Part shown: one piece after another, positions 1 to 9,246 of the stretch
Position numbering within the stretch: the stretch's first letter is position 1
How the letters are laid out: each line of letters starts with the position of its first letter
Assembly (NCBI RefSeq): GCF_050613355.1
Contig: NZ_CP159618.1
Location: 3,033,671-3,065,670 of the forward strand
Reading direction: 5' to 3'
DNA from: Plantibacter sp. RU18
Lineage (GTDB): Bacteria; Actinomycetota; Actinomycetes; Actinomycetales; Microbacteriaceae
Length of the DNA stretch: 32,000 nt
Translations under genes and position numbers: made by a program
Notes under the pieces: model-generated
Database searches by the model: none
What the model saw: only the letters and a program-made list of their open reading frames with translations
What the model was told of the DNA's origin: nothing

Positions 1-63
1 TTGCTCAAGTGTAGGGCTGGCCCATGCCCGTCCGGGCATGCGATTCCTGGGAGGAACACGGGG

Positions 64-1443
64 ATGCTGAGCAGGCCAGGTGTCGGAAGCGGGTGTTACG
101 GTCGGGCCGTGCCCGAATCGATCTCCCCCGCCCTCGCCAGACGCATCGCGCTCGGCGCGCAGGGCTTCGGCGCGACGCCCCGTACCTCGCCAGCGGGGAC
201 GCGCGCACTGCGCTCGACGATCGACCGACTCGGTCTGGTCCAGATCGACTCGGTCAATGTGTTCGAGCGCAGCCACTACCTCCCGCTCTTCGCCCGCCTC
301 GGCCCCTACGACAAGTCCGCACTCGACCGCCTCACGCTCGGCGAGCACTCGCCTTATCTGGAGTACTGGGCCCACGAGGCGGCCTTCATCCCCCGCGAGG
401 CGTGGCCGCTGTTCCGCTGGCGCATGGACGCCCACCGCGCCAAGCAGGCCGCCGACGACACCGCCTGGGCGAACCACAACACCCCGATGCTCCACTGGGT
501 CCGCGATCTGCTGCGCGCAGAGGGTCCGCTGAAGGCCAGCGAGATCGAGCACGACGCGAATGTCCGCAGAGGCCCCTGGTGGGGCTGGTCCGACGTCAAG
601 CGAGCACTCGAAGTGCTCTTCCTCTACGGCGAGGTGGTCACAGCCGGCCGCGATCGGTTCGAACGCCGGTACACCCTTGCAGAACAGGCGCTCGCACCGG
701 CCATCCTCGACCAGGAGGTGAGCATGCCCGACGCGATCCGCGAGCTCGTGCGTCGGGCCGCAGCGGCGCAAGGCGTCGCGACCGTGTCCGACCTCGCCGA
801 CTACTACCGGATCAAGCCGCAGACGGCCGTCCGAGAGCTCGTCGACGCCGGCGAACTCGAGCCCGTCACGGTACGAGGCTGGGACCGGCGCGGTGGCCCG
901 TTGGAGGCCTGGGTGCATCACGACGCACGACGCCCGCGCAGGAGCGGCGGCATCGCGCTGCTCAGCCCGTTCGATCCCGTCGTGTGGTTCCGAGAGCGCG
1001 CTCTCCGTATGTTCGGTCTGCACTACCGGATCGAGATCTACACCCCGGCGCCACAGCGCGTGTTCGGTTACTACGTCCTGCCGGTGCTCCTCGACGGCGA
1101 GATCGTCGCACGTGTCGATCTGAAGAGCGACCGCCAGGCCGGCGTGCTCAGGGTCCAGTCGGCATGGTTCGAGCGCGGCCACGAGGACGGCGTCGCGCGC
1201 GGACTGCGCCCGCCCCCCGACGACGCGGTGGCGTCGCGACTCGCAGAGCTCCTCTCCATCACGGCAGCGTGGCAGGGCTTGGGCGATGTCGCCGTCGTCG
1301 ATCGCGGCACCCTCGCTGCACCACTCGCGCACGCCCTGGGCACGCGTCTGCTCACCTCGGATCCCGCTCACCGCATGGGTACTACTCCCCATACGTCTGA
1401 CCCGCAATCACTCTCAGGAGATACACAACAACTGCTAGGTTGA
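64..1443 (+). CDS. YcaQ/AlkZ-family winged-helix DNA glycosylase (DUF1006, crosslink-repair family)
   Basis: ORF 1..1443. Family-typical segments: ISPALARRIALGAQGF, LGLVQIDSVNV (Q-x-D type motif), YLEYWAHEAAFIP, LLSPFDPVVW. ATG at 64 has GGGAGGA about 9 nt upstream; the TTG at position 1 is probably only the window edge. Confidence 0.8.
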   Translation: MLSRPGVGSGCYGRAVPESISPALARRIALGAQGFGATPRTSPAGTRALRSTIDRLGLVQIDSVNVFERSHYLPLFARLGPYDKSALDRLTLGEHSPYLEYWAHEAAFIPREAWPLFRWRMDAHRAKQAADDTAWANHNTPMLHWVRDLLRAEGPLKASEIEHDANVRRGPWWGWSDVKRALEVLFLYGEVVTAGRDRFERRYTLAEQALAPAILDQEVSMPDAIRELVRRAAAAQGVATVSDLADYYRIKPQTAVRELVDAGELEPVTVRGWDRRGGPLEAWVHHDARRPRRSGGIALLSPFDPVVWFRERALRMFGLHYRIEIYTPAPQRVFGYYVLPVLLDGEIVARVDLKSDRQAGVLRVQSAWFERGHEDGVARGLRPPPDDAVASRLAELLSITAAWQGLGDVAVVDRGTLAAPLAHALGTRLLTSDPAHRMGTTPHTSDPQSLSGDTQQLLG

Positions 1444-1480
1444 GGGGCACCTTCATGGATCAGAACGAGGGGAACCCGCC

Positions 1481-2917
1481 ATGAGCACCGACGACACCAC
1501 ACCCGACCCGCAGGCTCAACAGCCCGCCCCACAGCAGCCTCAGCCCAACCAGTCCGGCCAGCAGCAGAACCCGTACCAGCAGGGTCAGCAGCAGACGCCG
1601 AACCCCTACCAGCAGGGGCAGCAGCAGACGCCGAACCCGTACCAGCAGGGTCAGCAGCAGACCGGCGCTCAGACCCCGCCGACACCGTACGGCCAGCCAC
1701 CGGCGGCCCAGTCGAGCCCGTACCAGCAGGGCCAGACGCAGGGACAGCCGCAGGCGAACGGGCAGTACGCCACCGCGCAGAACCCCTACGCGACCGCGGC
1801 TCCGAAGCAGCCGATGGACCCGAAGCAGAAGAAGCGGATCATCCTGTGGTCCTCCATCGCGGGTGGCGCTCTCGTACTCATCGCCGCCGCGGCGATCTCC
1901 ATCTCGGTGATCAACAGCACCGCGTTCGGACCGCAGGCGAAGGTCGAGGACTACCTCAAGGCCATCGCAGCGGGCGACGCCAAACTCGCGACCAGCCTCG
2001 CGGCACCCGACCCGTCCATCGTCGACACCGGCGATGATGCAGCGGACGACGCCACGGGCGACGACGCGGATGCCGACGCTGACGCCGATGCCGACGCTGA
2101 CGCACCGGCCGCCGTCGACCCCAAGGCCCTCCTCACGAACGAGGTCCTGAAGGCCGCTGACGAGCGCATCACCAACCCGAAGGTCGGCCGCGTGTCGAGC
2201 CGCAACGGCGAGGCGTTCGTCGAGGTGACCTATGAACTGGCGGGCAAGCGCTACGACGACTCCGTCTCGCTCAAGAGCGAAGGCAAGCAGTTCCTGTTCT
2301 TCGACACGTGGAAGCTCGAGAGTTCACTCGTCGGCAGCATCAACGTCTACACGGGTCTCGGGAGCACGGCGTTCAGCGTCAACGGCATCAACTTCGACGG
2401 CGCGACCGACGAGAGCCTCTTCGCCTACCCGGCGGTCTACACCGTTGCGCCACCGGAGAGCAAGTACCTGGCCGGCGACGCCCAGACCGTCACGCTCACG
2501 TCTTACTCGGCCGGTGAGGGTTCGGCGTTCATCGACATCAACGTGACGGCGACGGAGGCCCTCACCACCGAGGTGACCGCTCAGGTCGTCGCGATGATCG
2601 AGAAATGCCTCGACGCGACCACGTTGGACACCACGTGCGGCGTCATGCCGTCCTGGCAGCAGGAGCAGTTCACGAGCGTCGGCCCGGTGACCTGGACGCT
2701 GACCTCTCCCCCGACGATCAAGGTCGACGAGGGTGGCACGTACTTCTACACCTCGGACGGCCGCATCGACGGCTCGTTCGACGCATCCTGGTACGGCAGC
2801 GCGGTCAGCGGCCAGCAGGTCTGGGACACGTACCTGAACTTCCCGGGCACGATCTCGATCGATGCCGACGACAAGGTGACCGTTACCTTCGACTCGGACG
2901 AGCAGGAGACCGAATAG
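1481..2917 (+). CDS. Hypothetical single-pass membrane protein with a Q/P-rich repeat N-terminus and an acidic D/A-repeat linker
   Basis: 478-aa ORF with GAGGGGA upstream of the ATG. N-terminus carries NPYQQGQQQTP x3. One hydrophobic helix, ILWSSIAGGALVLIAAAAISISVI. A DADADADADADA tract precedes a C-terminal extracytoplasmic domain. No family recognised. Confidence 0.7.
   Translation: MSTDDTTPDPQAQQPAPQQPQPNQSGQQQNPYQQGQQQTPNPYQQGQQQTPNPYQQGQQQTGAQTPPTPYGQPPAAQSSPYQQGQTQGQPQANGQYATAQNPYATAAPKQPMDPKQKKRIILWSSIAGGALVLIAAAAISISVINSTAFGPQAKVEDYLKAIAAGDAKLATSLAAPDPSIVDTGDDAADDATGDDADADADADADADAPAAVDPKALLTNEVLKAADERITNPKVGRVSSRNGEAFVEVTYELAGKRYDDSVSLKSEGKQFLFFDTWKLESSLVGSINVYTGLGSTAFSVNGINFDGATDESLFAYPAVYTVAPPESKYLAGDAQTVTLTSYSAGEGSAFIDINVTATEALTTEVTAQVVAMIEKCLDATTLDTTCGVMPSWQQEQFTSVGPVTWTLTSPPTIKVDEGGTYFYTSDGRIDGSFDASWYGSAVSGQQVWDTYLNFPGTISIDADDKVTVTFDSDEQETE
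1568..1666 (+). repeat. 3 x 33-bp in-frame tandem repeat inside the CDS (encodes NPYQQGQQQTP)
   Basis: Near-identical units aacccgtaccagcagggtcagcagcagacgccg / aacccctaccagcaggggcagcagcagacgccg / aacccgtaccagcagggtcagcagcagaccggc, read directly. Confidence 0.85.
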
Positions 2918-2937
2918 CACCGCCCGCATGGACGGAG

Positions 2938-2969
2938 AATGGGGCGGCACCTTCGGGTGCCGCCCCATT
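2938..2969. terminator. Bidirectional intrinsic-terminator-like hairpin between convergent genes
   Basis: Perfect 14-bp stem AATGGGGCGGCACC / GGTGCCGCCCCATT around a TTCG loop. It lies between the stop at 2917 (+) and the htpX stop at 2992 (-). T-containing tails follow on both strands. Confidence 0.7.
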
Positions 2970-2991
2970 CGTGTCGTGCGCGGTGCGGTTG

Positions 2992-3876
2992 TCAGAAGCC
3001 GTCGCCGATGGTGCTCAGGCGCTTGATGCGCTCGACGAGCGGCGGATGGGTGCTGAAGAGCTTCGCGACGGCACCGGGCTTCAACGGGTCGGAGATCCAC
3101 AGGTGTGCCATCGAGGAGTTCTGCTTCGCCATCGGGCGACCGTAGGCCGCGAGCTTGCCGAGTGCGCTCGCGAGCGCCTCCGGGTGCCTGGTCGTGAGGG
3201 CCCCGGTGGCGTCTGCGAGGTACTCGCGCTGTCGTGAGATGGCAAGCTGCACCATCGTGGCGAGCAACGGCGCGATGAGCATCGCGGCGATGCCGAGCAC
3301 GAGCATGACCGGGCTGCCACCGTTGTTGTTGCTCCGGTTGCCACCACCCCAGAGCGTCATCCGCAGCAGCATGTCGGACAGGAACCCGATGGCCACGACG
3401 AGGCCGAAGACGACCATCGACACCCGGATGTCGTAGTTCTGCACGTGACCGAGTTCGTGCGCCATGACACCTTCCAGCTCGGCGTCGTTCATGATGTCGA
3501 GCAACCCCGTCGTCGCGGCCACCATGGCATGCTCCGGGTCGCGGCCCGTCGCGAACGCATTCGGTGCTGGATCGTTGATCAGGTACACCTCGGGCATCGG
3601 TGTACCCGTGGTGATCGACAGGTTCTCAACGATCCGGTACAACCGAGGGCTGTCAGCCTTCTCGATGCGCTGAGCCCCGCTCATCGCGATGGCCTGGCGA
3701 CCGGCGAAGAAGTACTGGAGCAGGGCGTACCCGGTCGCGACGACGAGCACCACGATCGTGATCGTGAGGTTCTGGTAGATGTACCCCGCGAGCCATCCGA
3801 GGCCACCGATGATGACCAGGAAGGCGATGAAGATCAGAACGGTGTTGCGCTTGTTCCTGGCGATCGCCCGATACAT
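2992..3876 (-). CDS. htpX: M48-family zinc metalloprotease HtpX
   Basis: 294 aa. HELGHVQNYD zinc motif, N-terminal and central TM helices, C-terminal FSTHPPLVERI typical of HtpX. Confidence 0.9.
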   Translation of the reverse strand: MYRAIARNKRNTVLIFIAFLVIIGGLGWLAGYIYQNLTITIVVLVVATGYALLQYFFAGRQAIAMSGAQRIEKADSPRLYRIVENLSITTGTPMPEVYLINDPAPNAFATGRDPEHAMVAATTGLLDIMNDAELEGVMAHELGHVQNYDIRVSMVVFGLVVAIGFLSDMLLRMTLWGGGNRSNNNGGSPVMLVLGIAAMLIAPLLATMVQLAISRQREYLADATGALTTRHPEALASALGKLAAYGRPMAKQNSSMAHLWISDPLKPGAVAKLFSTHPPLVERIKRLSTIGDGF

Positions 3877-3895
3877 GGAAGTGCGTTACCGCCCG

Positions 3896-4462
3896 TCAGA
3901 ACTGGACGCGCGGCGGTTCGGCGATCGCCGCGTTGTCGGTGACCTCGAAGAAGTCGCGCTCGGTGAAGCCGAGACCCTTCGCGAACAGGTTGTTCGGGAA
4001 CACCTTGATCTTCGTGTTGAGTTCGCGAACGCCACCGTTGTAGAACCGGCGGGATGCCTGGATCTTGTCCTCGGTGTCGACGATCTCCGACTGCAGCTGA
4101 AGGAAGTTCTGGCTGGCCTGCAGCTGCGGGTATGCCTCTGCGACGGCGAAGATGCTCTTGAGCGCCTGCTGCATGTGGTTCTCGGCCTCGCTCGCCGCCA
4201 CCGGGCCTTGAGCGCTCAGCGTCTCGGCACGTGCTTTCGTGACGTTCTCGAAGACCGACTTCTCGTGGGCGGCGTACCCCTTCACCGCCTCGATGAGGTT
4301 CGGGATGAGGTCTGCTCGGCGCTTCAACTGCACCGTGATGTCGCTCCACGCTTCGTCGACGCGCACGTTGAGCGTCACGAGCGAGTTGTACGTCACCCAG
4401 AAGTAGATGCCGACGATGACGATGAGGGCGACGACGATGAGGACTGGGATCAGCCATTCCAT
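3896..4462 (-). CDS. lemA: LemA family protein
   Basis: N-terminal TM helix, then YNSLVTLNVRVDEAWSDITVQLKRRADLIPNL...VKGYAAHE, typical of LemA. ATG at 4462 has AAGGAG 9 nt upstream; the ORF-track start at 4504 is probably too long. LemA-HtpX is a common gene pair. Confidence 0.88.
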   Translation of the reverse strand: MEWLIPVLIVVALIVIVGIYFWVTYNSLVTLNVRVDEAWSDITVQLKRRADLIPNLIEAVKGYAAHEKSVFENVTKARAETLSAQGPVAASEAENHMQQALKSIFAVAEAYPQLQASQNFLQLQSEIVDTEDKIQASRRFYNGGVRELNTKIKVFPNNLFAKGLGFTERDFFEVTDNAAIAEPPRVQF

Positions 4463-4601
4463 GAGGATGGGCTCCTTGCGAGTCGATGAAGAGCGGGTCC
4501 GCATATTCTAGCCGCGACGACCCCGGGGTCTTGGGGAGTTCGCAGGAAGCGCGCAGCTGGCGTGCAGCGCGGGTTCATCCGGCTTGAGGCTCGGCGCACG
4601 C

Positions 4602-5915
4602 TCAGGCGCCGAGCACACGTGCGAGGTAGGCGTTACCGAAGAGGCGACCGGGATCGAGCCGGTCGCGCAGCTGGACGAAGTCGTCGAATCGCGGGTAGAC
4701 CGCCCGCAAGGACTGGGCGTCCCGGGTGTGCAGCTTGCCCCAGTGGGGTCGGCCGCCCAGCCCCGTCATGATCGCCTCGACACCGCGGAAGTACTCGCCC
4801 GGCTCCTCCCGGAAGAACCGGTGCACGGCGACATAGCCCGTGGCCCGGTCGGATGCGGTCGACAACCAGAGGCTGTCGGCCGCCGCCACCCGCACCTCGA
4901 TCGGGAACGAGACGCGCCACCCGCGCTCGTCGATGAGCGCGCGGACGCGTTCGAAGGCGGTCCGCAGATGCTCGAGGGGCAGGGCGTACTCCATCTCCCG
5001 GAACCGGACGGTGCGGCTCGTCGTGAAGACCTTCGTCGAGCGGTCCGTGAACTCGCGGTCGCCGACCAGGCGGTCGGCGAGGCGGTTGACCCTGGGGACG
5101 ATCCCCGGGGCCACGACGCCCGCGTTGCACAGGACGCGGTACACGCCGTTGGCGAGCAGGGTGTCGTCGACCCAACGGGCGACCGGACGGATCGGCTGCA
5201 CCGCGGCGTCGCCGGGCAGACGCCGATTGCTCTTCGTCAGGGCGGTCCCGGTGTGCGGGAACCAGTAGAACTCGAAGTGGTCCACGGCTGCGGCGCGGTC
5301 GAGGAGGGTGGGGAGCAGCCCGTCGAGCGGCTCCGGTCGTTCGACCGCGTGCAGGACGAAGGCGGGGACACACTGGAGCGTGACCTCGACGAGGATCCCG
5401 AACGCGCCGAGGCCGAGGGCGAGCGCCGGCAGCAGGTCGCTCTCCTGCTCACTGTCCGCGGTCAGCAACGACCCGTCGGCCGTCACGATCGTGACGCCGA
5501 CGACCTGGGTCGCGATGCCGCCGAAGCCGAGCCCGGTGCCGTGCGTGCCCGTCGAGATCGCACCGGCGATGGTCTGCCGGTCGATGTCGCCCAGGTTCGC
5601 CATTGCCAGACCGTGCGGCTCGAGCAACGCCGGCAGTTGGTGGAGCCGGGTTCCCCCGAGCAGGGTGACCTGCTGCCGATCACGGTCCACCCTGACGATG
5701 CCGCTCAGCGCGTCGAGGTCGAGCAGCACGCCAGGGGCCACCGCGATGCCCGTGAAGCTGTGCCCGGCGCCGACCGCCTTGATCGGCAGACCCGCACCGG
5801 CAGCAGCGCGGACGAGCCGCTGCACAGCCTGGATCGAATCCGGTCGTTCCCGCCGAACCGGTCGGATGTGCTCCGTCCGGGCCCAGTTCGTCCAGACAGC
5901 CGTGCCGCGCGTCAT
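4602..5915 (-). CDS. FAD-linked oxidoreductase, D-arabinono-1,4-lactone / L-gulonolactone oxidase (ALO/GULO) family
   Basis: 437 aa. N-terminal FAD-binding PCMH-type region (VGAGHSFTGIAV). C-terminal ALO-domain signature GGRPHWGKLH. The start ATG overlaps the upstream stop (ATGA at 5912-5915). Confidence 0.85.
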   Translation of the reverse strand: MTRGTAVWTNWARTEHIRPVRRERPDSIQAVQRLVRAAAGAGLPIKAVGAGHSFTGIAVAPGVLLDLDALSGIVRVDRDRQQVTLLGGTRLHQLPALLEPHGLAMANLGDIDRQTIAGAISTGTHGTGLGFGGIATQVVGVTIVTADGSLLTADSEQESDLLPALALGLGAFGILVEVTLQCVPAFVLHAVERPEPLDGLLPTLLDRAAAVDHFEFYWFPHTGTALTKSNRRLPGDAAVQPIRPVARWVDDTLLANGVYRVLCNAGVVAPGIVPRVNRLADRLVGDREFTDRSTKVFTTSRTVRFREMEYALPLEHLRTAFERVRALIDERGWRVSFPIEVRVAAADSLWLSTASDRATGYVAVHRFFREEPGEYFRGVEAIMTGLGGRPHWGKLHTRDAQSLRAVYPRFDDFVQLRDRLDPGRLFGNAYLARVLGA

Positions 5916-7156
5916 ACGAAGCCCCGGCCTTCCCCGCGGTAGGTCTGCAGTTCGTCGACGATCCGATCACCGTCGACCACTTGAAATGCGGCGACGCGCT
6001 CACTGAGCTCGCCTGATTTGGTGTGCCGCAGCCAGACGCGATCACCCAGACGGAGCGCTGCCGCCTCATCACCGGACACCGGTGTCTGCACCTCTCCCGC
6101 CATCTCCCGCGGGAGCATTTCGAGGCCCTCCGGCCACACGATCAGCGGGAGGCGATCCGCTCCGGGAGGCCCTGACGCCACCCAGCCGCCGCCGAGGATG
6201 GTGGCGAGCTCTGGAGCGGGCTTCCGGACGACGGACAGCCCGAACGCCGCCGCTGGCGCCGGGGTGAAGGCGCGGTAGTGGTCGAAGAGGTGACCGCCGA
6301 ACACCCCACTGCCGGCTGCGATCTCGGTGACCGAGTCGTCCGATGCGGTCAGCTCGAGCGATCCCGTTCCGCCGCCGTTCACGAACTCCAGCTCTGCAAC
6401 GGCCCGCACCTCGGCGACCACCGCGGCACGGCGCTCACGCAGCTCCGCCCATGACCGTCGTTGGATCGCGCGGAGCGTCGCCGACCAGGCGGGTCGACCG
6501 TCGAGGTCGTCCCCCTGGCCTGCGATCTGCGCTTCGTACGCCATGATCCCGACGAGCCGGAACCCGGGCCGAGCGACGACGGCTTCGGCGAGCGCACGTA
6601 CCTCGTCCGGCGTCCGCAGCGGCGACCGACGCACACCGACGTGCCCGAGTCCAGGGGCGCGGAACGAGGCGTCGAGTTCGATGCAGACGCGGACCTCGGC
6701 CCGGGCGCCCGGCAGCGCGACGGCGTCGATGAGGTCGAGGTGCTCGAGTGAGTCGATCATGAGCGTGATCCTGGCGGCCGCGCGATCGTCACCGGCGAGC
6801 GTGGCGATCGCGCCGCGTTCGGCGGTCGGATACCCGACGACGATGTCGTCGATCGTCTCGGCGAGCCACAGCGCCTCACCCAGCGTGTAGGCCAGGACTC
6901 CCGCATATCCCGGCTGCCTGAGCAGCGCGTCGATCACGCTGCGGACCCGGATGGACTTGCTGGCGACGCGGATCGGCTTCCCGCCGGCCCGCCGGAGCAT
7001 GTCGTGCGTGTTGTGTCGGAGCGCCCCGAGATGGAGCACCGCCACCGGCGAGTCGATGTCGACCACGGCCCGTGCGATCCCGCCCCAGTACCGCCTGGGA
7101 TCCAGCCACGGCATGGGCTCGTCGACACGGCCCCCCGCGTTCAGTTCGATGGTCAT
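5912..7156 (-). CDS. PLP-dependent amino acid deaminase/aldolase (alanine-racemase-N fold, D-serine-dehydratase-like)
   Basis: This is the C-terminal 414 codons of the 813-aa track ORF, starting at MTIELNAGG. It contains IRVASKSIRV (candidate PLP lysine) and GIMAYEAQIAG. The ATG at 7156 overlaps the MFS stop (ATGA). Sequence upstream in this frame is R/P-rich junk. Confidence 0.8.
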   Translation of the reverse strand: MTIELNAGGRVDEPMPWLDPRRYWGGIARAVVDIDSPVAVLHLGALRHNTHDMLRRAGGKPIRVASKSIRVRSVIDALLRQPGYAGVLAYTLGEALWLAETIDDIVVGYPTAERGAIATLAGDDRAAARITLMIDSLEHLDLIDAVALPGARAEVRVCIELDASFRAPGLGHVGVRRSPLRTPDEVRALAEAVVARPGFRLVGIMAYEAQIAGQGDDLDGRPAWSATLRAIQRRSWAELRERRAAVVAEVRAVAELEFVNGGGTGSLELTASDDSVTEIAAGSGVFGGHLFDHYRAFTPAPAAAFGLSVVRKPAPELATILGGGWVASGPPGADRLPLIVWPEGLEMLPREMAGEVQTPVSGDEAAALRLGDRVWLRHTKSGELSERVAAFQVVDGDRIVDELQTYRGEGRGFV

Positions 7157-8412
7157 CAGCGCACTCCTCGGACTCGGGTGACGGCGAACGCCCCGGCGAC
7201 GGCACAGGCCGCCGAGACGAGGTAGAGCCCGGCGAAACCGCCGAGCCAGGCGACGAGTACGGCACCGATCAGCGGAGCGATGGCCTGCGGCACCGCCTGC
7301 GCGATGTTCATGATGCCGAGGTCCTTGCCGTGCGAGGTCGGATCGGGCAGCACCTGGGTCGCAAGCGCCTGATCGACCGACATGAAGCAGCCGTACCCGA
7401 GGCCGATGAGGGCCGCAGCGATGAAGCCCATCGGGAGCGAGGGCCAGATGGCGAGCAGGAGCGCGGCGAGCGCCTGCGATGCCGAGGCCGCGACGACGAA
7501 GATCCGTCGACGCCCGGTGCGGTCGGACAACCGGCCGAGGACGAGTGATGCTGCGACGACGAAGACCGTGTACACGATCGTGAACAGCAGCAGGTCGGTC
7601 TCCGCGTCCGCGTCGCCGAGACCGAACAGCAGGAAGTAGAACAGGAGCGACGTGCTGAACGCGTTCCCGAGGTTCACGAGGACGCGGCTCAGCATCGTCC
7701 AGCCGAAGTCCGGGTGCTTCCTCGGTGAGATCCAGAGGCTCTCGAGGAGTGCGCCGACCGTGATGCGTTCGAGTCGCGGGCCGTCCGGGATCGGGTCGGC
7801 CGTCAGGAGGAAGGGGATCACCAGGATCAGGAGCAGCACGGCGAGCGCCAGGTAGCCGGCGACCATCTGCGTCCCCAGCACGAGGAGCAACGCGATGCCG
7901 AGGATGACTCCGACAGCCTGCGGAGCGGAGATCCAACCCGAGACGTATCCACGCTGCTCGACGGGCACCTGGTCGGAGATCGTCGCGGTCAGTGCGGCGC
8001 CGAGGACGCAGAAACCGATGATCGCGATGCACCAGCAGATGCCGATCCCGACGATCCCGGTCTGCAGGCCGAGGAGTACGAGACCGACGGCGAACAGCAG
8101 CGTGCCACCGGCGATCCACGGACGTCGCCGTCCGAAGCGCGAACGGGTGCGATCGGAGAGTGCACCGGTGAGCGGATATGCGACGATCGAGCACAGTCAC
8201 GCGACGCCCGCGACGACGCCGAACGCGACGACACTGTCCACCCAGTGCTCCGGTGCGAGCTGGGCGTCGATCTGCGCCGGGAGCAGGAGTTGCAGTGGTG
8301 CCAGCTGTGCCATCCAGATGCCAAGCCATGCGACGGCGAAGGCGGCTATCCACCGGCCCGTGACCCGACGTGCTGCGGTCGGTGAAGCCGGTGCAGCCGT
8401 CGACCCGCTCAC
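7156..8412 (-). pseudogene. MFS (GPH-like) transporter interrupted by one in-frame TGA at 8197-8199
   Basis: Track ORFs 8197..8502 and 7156..7968 are in the same frame. My hand translation of 7969-8196 is open and hydrophobic (LCSIVAYPLTGALSDRTRSRFGRRRPWIAGG...). The SDRxGRRR motif occurs in both halves. A GTG at 8412 overlaps the TetR stop (GTGA). Confidence 0.75.
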
Positions 8413-9038
8413 CGCTGCCTCGGTTCCGCGAGGGAGGCGATGAGCGACGCGACCGAGTCGATCAGCTGTCGCGCCTCCGCGTCGTCGCGTCGGACGAGCC
8501 ACGCGACCGTGAGGCCGTCGGTGAACGCGATCACGATGCGCGCGAGCTCGTCGACAGGTCGGAGCCAGCGGCTGTCGCTGACCTCTGCCGCGATCGTCAG
8601 CGCCTCACCCGCGAGTTCCGAGTAGCGCCGATACTGCTCCCCCGCGAGACGTTCGAGTCCGGGCGTCCGCATCGCGTAGTAGCTGAGCTCCTGCATGGCG
8701 GCCTCTCGACCAGGGTCTGCGCGCAACAGCTCGAAGTAGCGTTCGAGCCCGGCTGCGACGACGCTCCGCAGTTCCGGGGCAGGCTCGTCGTCGGTCGTCG
8801 TGTCGGCACGCAGCTCCTCGACGTCGAGGACGACCCGTTCCTGCTCGACCACGTGCACCACGAGTTCGGCGAGCAGTTCGTCGCGGGAGGTGAAGGCGTA
8901 GTGGAAGCTGGCGAGGGACATGTCGGCCTCCGCGACGATCGCGCGGGTGGTCGCTGCGGCGACTCCACTCGCGGCCACGACCCGCAACGCGGCACTGATG
9001 AGTTCGGCCCGTCGGTCGACCACGGAGATCCTTGCCAT
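8409..9038 (-). CDS. TetR/AcrR family transcriptional regulator
   Basis: 209 aa. N-terminal HTH region LISAALRVVAASGVAAATTRAIVAEADMSLASFHYAFTSRDELL. It is the first gene of the coupled operon. Confidence 0.9.
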   Translation of the reverse strand: MARISVVDRRAELISAALRVVAASGVAAATTRAIVAEADMSLASFHYAFTSRDELLAELVVHVVEQERVVLDVEELRADTTTDDEPAPELRSVVAAGLERYFELLRADPGREAAMQELSYYAMRTPGLERLAGEQYRRYSELAGEALTIAAEVSDSRWLRPVDELARIVIAFTDGLTVAWLVRRDDAEARQLIDSVASLIASLAEPRQR

Positions 9039-9246
9039 CGCGTCCCTCTCCAGGTGCGCTCAGCGGCGCCGAGGCTTCATCGCAACGGTTCCGACTGGGA
9101 CAGATGACCCAGTGCGGACAGTATGTCGGATGTGGGACGGATTCGCACCCATCGCGGGGCTCGAATCGTCTTTTTCCGTCCGGATCAGCCGAGAATCGCG
9201 TCCGATGTGGCGCGGGAGGTTGACTTCCCGGGGTGATCTTGGGGGA

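Noticed and set aside
4589-4614. Hairpin GCTCGGCGC-N8-GCGCCGAGC at the end of the FAD oxidase gene, as a terminator
   Set aside because: The stem overlaps the stop codon and the last codons, and there is no U-tract. It is too weak to call.
8197-8199. The in-frame TGA as selenocysteine or programmed recoding
   Set aside because: MFS transporters are not known selenoproteins, and I see no obvious stem-loop immediately downstream that resembles a bacterial SECIS. A nonsense mutation or a sequencing error is more parsimonious.
5912-8353. 813-aa ORF on the minus strand
   Set aside because: Only the last 414 codons (from MTIELNAGG at 7156) look like a real protein. The N-terminal ~400 codons are R/P/D-rich and overlap, out of frame, the clearly hydrophobic MFS transporter frame. 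This is a typical high-GC open-frame artefact.
8920-9204. N-terminal extension of the 831-aa ORF
   Set aside because: It overlaps the TetR gene on the opposite strand and precedes a convincing signal peptide. The start was moved to about 9247.
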